Part shown: positions 59,273 through 64,000 of the stretch, one piece after another
Position numbering within the stretch: the stretch's first letter is position 1
How the letters are laid out: every line of letters starts with the position of its first letter
NCBI GenBank assembly: GCA_963798655.1
Contig: CAWCUH010000007.1
Span: 303,423-367,422, forward strand
Reading direction: 5' to 3'
DNA: 64,000 nt
DNA from: an uncultured beta proteobacterium
GTDB taxonomy: Bacteria > Pseudomonadota > Gammaproteobacteria > Burkholderiales > Casimicrobiaceae
The notes under the pieces: model-generated
Seen by the model: the letters and a program-made list of their open reading frames with translations, nothing else
Told to the model about the DNA's origin: nothing
Database searches by the model: none
Translations under genes and position numbers: made by a program

Positions 59273-60522
59273 ACCGAAAAGCCCCTCAGCAGCCTTCGGT
59301 TCTCCCAATCGGCCCGCAGCAGAATCGCGATCGCGACGGCGTTCGCGACGATGCCGCTGCCGCCGAACGACAGCAGCGGCAGCGTGAGCCCCTTCGTGGG
59401 CAGCACACCCATGTTCACGCCGATGTTGATGAACGCCTGCACGCCGATCCACACGCCGATGCCGTGCGACACGAGCGCGCAGAACGGGCGCTCGAGCCGC
59501 GCCGCCTGCCGTCCGATCGCATACGCGCGAACGAGCACCCACACGAACAGCACGATCACCAGGAGCACGCCGACGAAGCCGAGCTCTTCGGCGATCACCG
59601 CAAGCAGGAAGTCGGTGTGCGCTTCCGGCAGGTACAAGAGCTTCTCGACGCTGCCGCCGAGCCCGACGCCGAACGCCTCTCCACGACCGAACGCGATCAG
59701 CGAATGCGACAGCTGATAGCCCTTGCCGAACGGATCGGACCACGGATCGACGAACGCTGTGAGCCGTTGCAGCCGATACGGCGCGGCGACGAGGATCGCG
59801 CCGAGCGCGAACGGCAGTAACAGCGCGAGCCCGAGAAAGAGACGCCAGTCGAGGCCGCCCAGAAACAGCACGCCGAAGGCGATCGCGACGATGACGACGA
59901 ACGCGCCGAAGTCGGGCTCGAGCAGCAGCAGGCCGCCGATCGCAACGGTGACCGCAAAAAGCGGCAGGAAGCCGCGTACGAGCGTCCGGCGCATCGGTAG
60001 CTCGGCGTGCAGGAAGCCCGCTTTGCGCACCGCGTAGCTCGCCGCGTACAGCACGACGACGAGCTTCATGAATTCGGAGGGCTGCAGGTTCACCACGGCG
60101 AGCGAGAGCCACCGGCGCGAGCCGTTGACCGAGCGTCCGATGCCCGGCACGAGAACAAGCACGAGCAGCAGCGCGCCGCCGATGAACAGGTAGGGCGCGA
60201 GCCGCTGCCACGCCTTCATCGGGACCTGAAACGCGACGAACGCGGCGACGAGCCCGATGCCCACGAACAGCGCGTGCCGGGCGAGGAAGTACCACGGCCG
60301 GTAACCGGTGTGCGAGGACACTTCGGCCATCGTGATCGACGCCGAATAGACCATCACCAGCCCGATCGCGAACAGCAGCAGCGCCGCCCATGCGAGCGAT
60401 CCGTCGTACGCGGCCATCGTCCGCGGGTGGCGCGGCAGCGTGGCGATCGATCGCAGCGCCTTCAGCGCCGCGAGCCCGCCCAGCGTTCCGGTATCGGCGA
60501 TCGCCTTACGCATGGACGCCAT
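59269..60522 (-). CDS. ftsW: peptidoglycan glycosyltransferase FtsW (SEDS family)
   Basis: About 417 aa, polytopic, with SEFMKL, LEPDFG and [16 protein letters not shown]. The start is either ATG 60522 or ATG 60513, both overlapping the murD end. Confidence 0.85.
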   Translation of the reverse strand: MASMRKAIADTGTLGGLAALKALRSIATLPRHPRTMAAYDGSLAWAALLLFAIGLVMVYSASITMAEVSSHTGYRPWYFLARHALFVGIGLVAAFVAFQVPMKAWQRLAPYLFIGGALLLVLVLVPGIGRSVNGSRRWLSLAVVNLQPSEFMKLVVVLYAASYAVRKAGFLHAELPMRRTLVRGFLPLFAVTVAIGGLLLLEPDFGAFVVIVAIAFGVLFLGGLDWRLFLGLALLLPFALGAILVAAPYRLQRLTAFVDPWSDPFGKGYQLSHSLIAFGRGEAFGVGLGGSVEKLLYLPEAHTDFLLAVIAEELGFVGVLLVIVLFVWVLVRAYAIGRQAARLERPFCALVSHGIGVWIGVQAFINIGVNMGVLPTKGLTLPLLSFGGSGIVANAVAIAILLRADWENRRLLRGFSV

Positions 60523-61903
60523 CCTTCGCGAGCGCGCGCACGTAGCCGATGAACGCGCTGCCGCGCTCGACATAGCTCGCGAACTGGTCGAGGCTCGCGC
60601 ACGCCGGCGAGAGCAGCACCGCGTCTCCGGTGTGAGCGAGCGCGACGGCGCGCGCCGCCGCCTTGTCGAGCGTGCCGAGCATCTCGACGCGCGCAACGCT
60701 TCCTTCGAGCGCCCGCTCGATCAGCGGCGCGTCGCGTCCGATCAGCAGCACGGCGCGGCAGCGCGCATCGACGGACGCCTTCAGCGCGCGAAAGTCCTGT
60801 CCCTTGCCGTCGCCGCCGGCGATCAGCACGACGCAGCGATTCAATCCGTCGAGCGCCGCCTGCGTCGCCGCGACCGTCGTTCCCTTCGAGTCGTTGACGT
60901 AGAGCACGCCGTCGACTTCGGCGATCCGCTGCATCCGGTGCGGCAGGCCCTGGAAGCGCGCGAGCGCGGCGAGCACGTCGCGATCGATCTTCGCCACCGC
61001 CGAGGTCAGCGCGAGCGCCGCGAGCGCGTTGAGCCAGTTGTGCCGGCCGACGAGCGCGAGATCGCGCACCGGCACGAGCAGCGCACCGCCGCGCGCGAGC
61101 CAGACGCCGGCGCCGTCGTCGCCGCGATCGACGAGTCCCCACGCTTCCTCCGACAGCGGAACGCCGGCGCCGAACGTCTGCACGGTGCGGCCCGGCTGGC
61201 GCATCAGCGGAACGATACGATCGTCGCGGTTGAGGACCTGCACGTCGGCGTTCGCGAAGATCCGCGCCTTCGCCGCAGCATAGTCGGCGAGACCGGCGTA
61301 GCGATCGAGGTGGTTCGCGCTCACGTTCAGCACGGCGGAGGCGATCGGCGCGAGCGTCTGCGTGGTCTCCAGCTGGTAGCTCGACAGCTCGAGCACGAAC
61401 ACGTCGGGCCACGGCTCGCCCGCGCCCTGCGCGGGCGCGAAGCGCTCGAGCACGTCGAGCACGGCATCGCCGATGTTGCCCGCAACGACGCTCGACAGAC
61501 CCGCTCCACGCGTGAGCTCGCCGGTGAGGGCGGTCACCGTCGTCTTGCCATTGGTGCCGGTGATCGCGAGCACTTTCTGTCCGCGTGGCAGCGCACGCGC
61601 GAACAGCTCGACGTCGCCGGCGAGCTCGACGCCGCGCGCGACGGCGGCGGCGATCGCCGGCTGGTCCTTCGCGACCCCGGGGCTGATCGCGATGAGATCG
61701 GCGCCCTCGAACGTCGATTCGTCGAACGGGCCGCCGGTGAACTCGACGTCGGGCAATTCGGCGCGAAGCCGTTCGGCGAACGGCGGACGCTCGCGCGTGT
61801 CGGCGACGCGAACACGCGCGCCGCGCGCCGCGAGATGGCGCGCGAGCGACAACCCGGTGATCCCGAGTCCCAGCACGACGACGCTTCGGCCGGCGTAGTT
61901 CAT
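60506..61903 (-). CDS. murD: UDP-N-acetylmuramoylalanine--D-glutamate ligase
   Basis: 465 aa: [11 protein letters not shown]...[10 protein letters not shown]. Confidence 0.95.
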   Translation of the reverse strand: MNYAGRSVVVLGLGITGLSLARHLAARGARVRVADTRERPPFAERLRAELPDVEFTGGPFDESTFEGADLIAISPGVAKDQPAIAAAVARGVELAGDVELFARALPRGQKVLAITGTNGKTTVTALTGELTRGAGLSSVVAGNIGDAVLDVLERFAPAQGAGEPWPDVFVLELSSYQLETTQTLAPIASAVLNVSANHLDRYAGLADYAAAKARIFANADVQVLNRDDRIVPLMRQPGRTVQTFGAGVPLSEEAWGLVDRGDDGAGVWLARGGALLVPVRDLALVGRHNWLNALAALALTSAVAKIDRDVLAALARFQGLPHRMQRIAEVDGVLYVNDSKGTTVAATQAALDGLNRCVVLIAGGDGKGQDFRALKASVDARCRAVLLIGRDAPLIERALEGSVARVEMLGTLDKAAARAVALAHTGDAVLLSPACASLDQFASYVERGSAFIGYVRALAKDGVHA

Positions 61904-63054
61904 CAGCGCAGCTTGAGCGTCGACAGGCCGAAGAGCACGAGCAGCATCGTCACGATCCAGAAACGGACGACGACCTGGTTCTCCTTCCAGCCCTGCAATT
62001 CGTAGTGATGATGAATCGGCGCCATGCGGAACACGCGCTTGCCGGTCATCTTGAACGACGCGACCTGCACGATCACCGACAGCGTCTCGACGACGAACAC
62101 GCCGCCCATGATGAACAGCACGATCTCCTGGCGCACGATGACGGCGATCGTGCCGAGCGCGCCGCCGAGCGCGAGCGCGCCGACGTCGCCCATGAACACC
62201 TCGGCCGGGTACGCGTTGAACCACAGGAAGCCGAGGCCCGCGCCGGCGATCGCTCCGCAGATCACCGCGAGCTCGCCGGCGCCGGAGATCAGCGGAAAGT
62301 TGAGATAGCGCGCGAAGATCGCGTTGCCGGTGACGTACGCGAAGATGCCGAGCGCGGCACCGATCATCACCGTCGGCATGATCGCGAGCCCGTCGAGGCC
62401 GTCCGTCAGGTTCACCGCGTTGCTGGTGCCGACGATCACGCAGTACGTGAGCGCGATGAAGCCCCACACGCCGAGCGGATACGACATCGTCTTGAAGAAC
62501 GGCACGATCAGATCGGTCTTCGGCGACAGCGCGACGTTGAAGCCGCTGCCGATCCACGCCTGTGCGAGCCGCAGGAAATGCGCGTTGTCCGGCACCGAGA
62601 TCGCGAACGCGAGATAGACGGCGGCGACGATTCCGATAACCGACTGCCACAGCAACTTCGAGCGCGCGGAGAGACCTTTCGGGTTTCGATGAACGACCTT
62701 GCGGTAGTCGTCGACCCAGCCGACCGCGCCGAATCCGAGCGTCACCAGCAGCACCGCCCAGACGAAGCGGTTGTCGAGATCGCCCCACAGCAGCGTGGTG
62801 ACCACGATCGACACGAGGATCAGCGCGCCGCCCATCGTCGGCGTTCCCGCCTTGGCGAGATGGCTGCTCGGGCCGTCGTCGCGCACCGACTGGCCGATCT
62901 TCATCCGCGTGAGCCAAGCGATCATCCGCGGACCGACGATGAACGAGATGAACAGCGCCGTCATGCATGCGAGCACCGCGCGCAGCGTGATGTAGCCGAA
63001 CACGTTGAACGCGCGAACGTCCTTCGCAAGGAGGTCGGCGATCCAGAGCAGCAT
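61903..63054 (-). CDS. mraY: phospho-N-acetylmuramoyl-pentapeptide transferase
   Basis: 383 aa with [19 protein letters not shown] and [11 protein letters not shown]. Confidence 0.95.
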   Translation of the reverse strand: MLLWIADLLAKDVRAFNVFGYITLRAVLACMTALFISFIVGPRMIAWLTRMKIGQSVRDDGPSSHLAKAGTPTMGGALILVSIVVTTLLWGDLDNRFVWAVLLVTLGFGAVGWVDDYRKVVHRNPKGLSARSKLLWQSVIGIVAAVYLAFAISVPDNAHFLRLAQAWIGSGFNVALSPKTDLIVPFFKTMSYPLGVWGFIALTYCVIVGTSNAVNLTDGLDGLAIMPTVMIGAALGIFAYVTGNAIFARYLNFPLISGAGELAVICGAIAGAGLGFLWFNAYPAEVFMGDVGALALGGALGTIAVIVRQEIVLFIMGGVFVVETLSVIVQVASFKMTGKRVFRMAPIHHHYELQGWKENQVVVRFWIVTMLLVLFGLSTLKLR

Positions 63055-64000
63055 CAGTGCGGCTCCTGCGCGAGCGTTCCTGCGAGTGTCGCCACGACAC
63101 GCTCCATGCGCATGAAGCGCGATCCCTTGACGAGCACCGACGTTCGCGCGCCGCCCGGCTGGTGAAGGTCGGCCGACACGCGGGCAGCGGTCTCGTCGAC
63201 CGACGCGAAGTGCTCGCCGCCGCCGCCGAACGCATCGACTGCGTGCGCGGTCAGCTCGCCGGTGCCGTACAGCCGATCGATGCCGGCCGCGCGCGCGTAC
63301 GCACCGACTTCGCGGTGGAATTCGGCGCCCTGCTCGCCCACCTCGCCCATGTCGCCGAGCACGAGCCAGCGCGGCTTCGGCGCCGCGGCGAGCACGTCGA
63401 TCGCCGCGCGCACCGAGTCGGGATTCGCGTTGTACGTGTCGTCGATCAGCGCGCCGCCGGTGCGCGCACGCAGCGCGACGAGCCGCCCGGCGGCCGGCCT
63501 GAATGTCTCGAGGCCGCGCACGACATGCGCGAGCGGCACGCCGATCGCGAGCGCGGCCGTCGTCGCCGCGAGCGCATTCGCCGCATTGTGCCGGCCGGCA
63601 ATCGCAAGTCGCACCGCGACGTCGCCCGCAGGCGTCGACAGCTCGACGCTCGTGCGTTCGGTCTCGATGTACCGGCCGCGGACGACGGCGGCGTGATCGA
63701 GCGCGAACTCGAGCGCGCTGACGCCGCGGCGCTCGGCGACCGCGTCGCGCCAGATGTCGATGTGCGCGTCGTCGGCATTGATCACGGCAATGCCCCCGGG
63801 CGCGAGCACCCCGATCGCCGCCGCATGCTCGATCGCGACGTCGTCGACGCTCACCATGAACTCCTGGTGCTCGCGCTGCGCGTTGTTGATCAGTGCGACG
63901 GTCGGCTGCGCGATCGGCGCGAGCTCGGACGTTTCACCGCGATGATTCATGCCAAGCTCGATCACGGCGGCGCGATGCTCGCCGCGAAGCGCGAGCAGCG
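63054..64000 (-). CDS. murF: UDP-N-acetylmuramoyl-tripeptide--D-alanyl-D-alanine ligase, N-terminus beyond the window
   Basis: The frame is open to the window end. The C-terminal part reads [10 protein letters not shown]...[10 protein letters not shown]...[15 protein letters not shown]. Confidence 0.9.
   Translation of the reverse strand, partial: LLALRGEHRAAVIELGMNHRGETSELAPIAQPTVALINNAQREHQEFMVSVDDVAIEHAAAIGVLAPGGIAVINADDAHIDIWRDAVAERRGVSALEFALDHAAVVRGRYIETERTSVELSTPAGDVAVRLAIAGRHNAANALAATTAALAIGVPLAHVVRGLETFRPAAGRLVALRARTGGALIDDTYNANPDSVRAAIDVLAAAPKPRWLVLGDMGEVGEQGAEFHREVGAYARAAGIDRLYGTGELTAHAVDAFGGGGEHFASVDETAARVSADLHQPGGARTSVLVKGSRFMRMERVVATLAGTLAQEPH

Overview
This is a 64-kb stretch of a very GC-rich betaproteobacterial chromosome. 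It looks Burkholderia-like, based on the REP palindromes GTCCCCGCCTTCGCGGGGAC / TTCCCGCGAACGCGGGAA and the gene order secA-argJ-mutT-yacG-zapD-coaE-pilDCB; taxonomy could not be confirmed without a database search. The window is almost entirely conserved core genes.

Gene content from left to right:
- A molybdopterin oxidoreductase plus hotdog thioesterase operon.
- A small GNAT / Rrf2 / SDR / dodecin group.
- A complete aerobic benzoyl-CoA (box) locus: 4HBT thioesterase, frameshifted alpha/beta hydrolase, LivFGMH-type ABC transporter, binding protein, benzoate-CoA ligase, DUF4863-like gene, then divergently boxR-boxC-boxB-boxA.
- SirB2, hemerythrin, an MFS transporter and hemN.
- The rsmI / lpoA-yraN-diaA-dolP block, then hldC-like, trx, an AEC transporter and a J-like/RDD/TPR membrane protein.
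- rpsP-rimM-trmD-rplS, lpxO, ffh, a ccsA-like gene and a corC-like gene.
- pilB, pilC (pseudogene), pilD, coaE, zapD, yacG.
- A Nudix/ThiE-like fusion, a DUF815 ATPase, argJ, secA, an M23 peptidase, dciA, lpxC.
- The dcw cluster: ftsZ-ftsA-ftsQ-ddl-murB-murC-murG-ftsW-murD-mraY-murF.

I found no tRNA, rRNA, CRISPR array, integrase, transposase, phage module, toxin-antitoxin pair or recognisable defence genes. I do not see a convincing novel multi-gene system here.

The points most worth a second look are small-scale:
- pilC carries five frameshifts between intact pilB and pilD.
- A 134-bp-period duplication of the ddl 5' end leaves a relic 45-codon ORF coupled between murB and ddl.
- hemN has an apparently leaderless promoter with an FNR/Anr box at -41.5.
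- An intrinsic-terminator-like hairpin lies 27 nt upstream of the secA start.
- Two strong hairpins sit in the ftsA-ftsZ spacer.
- A J-like domain lacking the HPD motif is fused to RDD and TPR modules.
- There is a single frameshift in the box-linked hydrolase.
- Several perfect palindromic or tandem repeats are present.

The many long Arg/Ala-rich ORFs in the track are antisense or alternative-frame artefacts of the high GC content.
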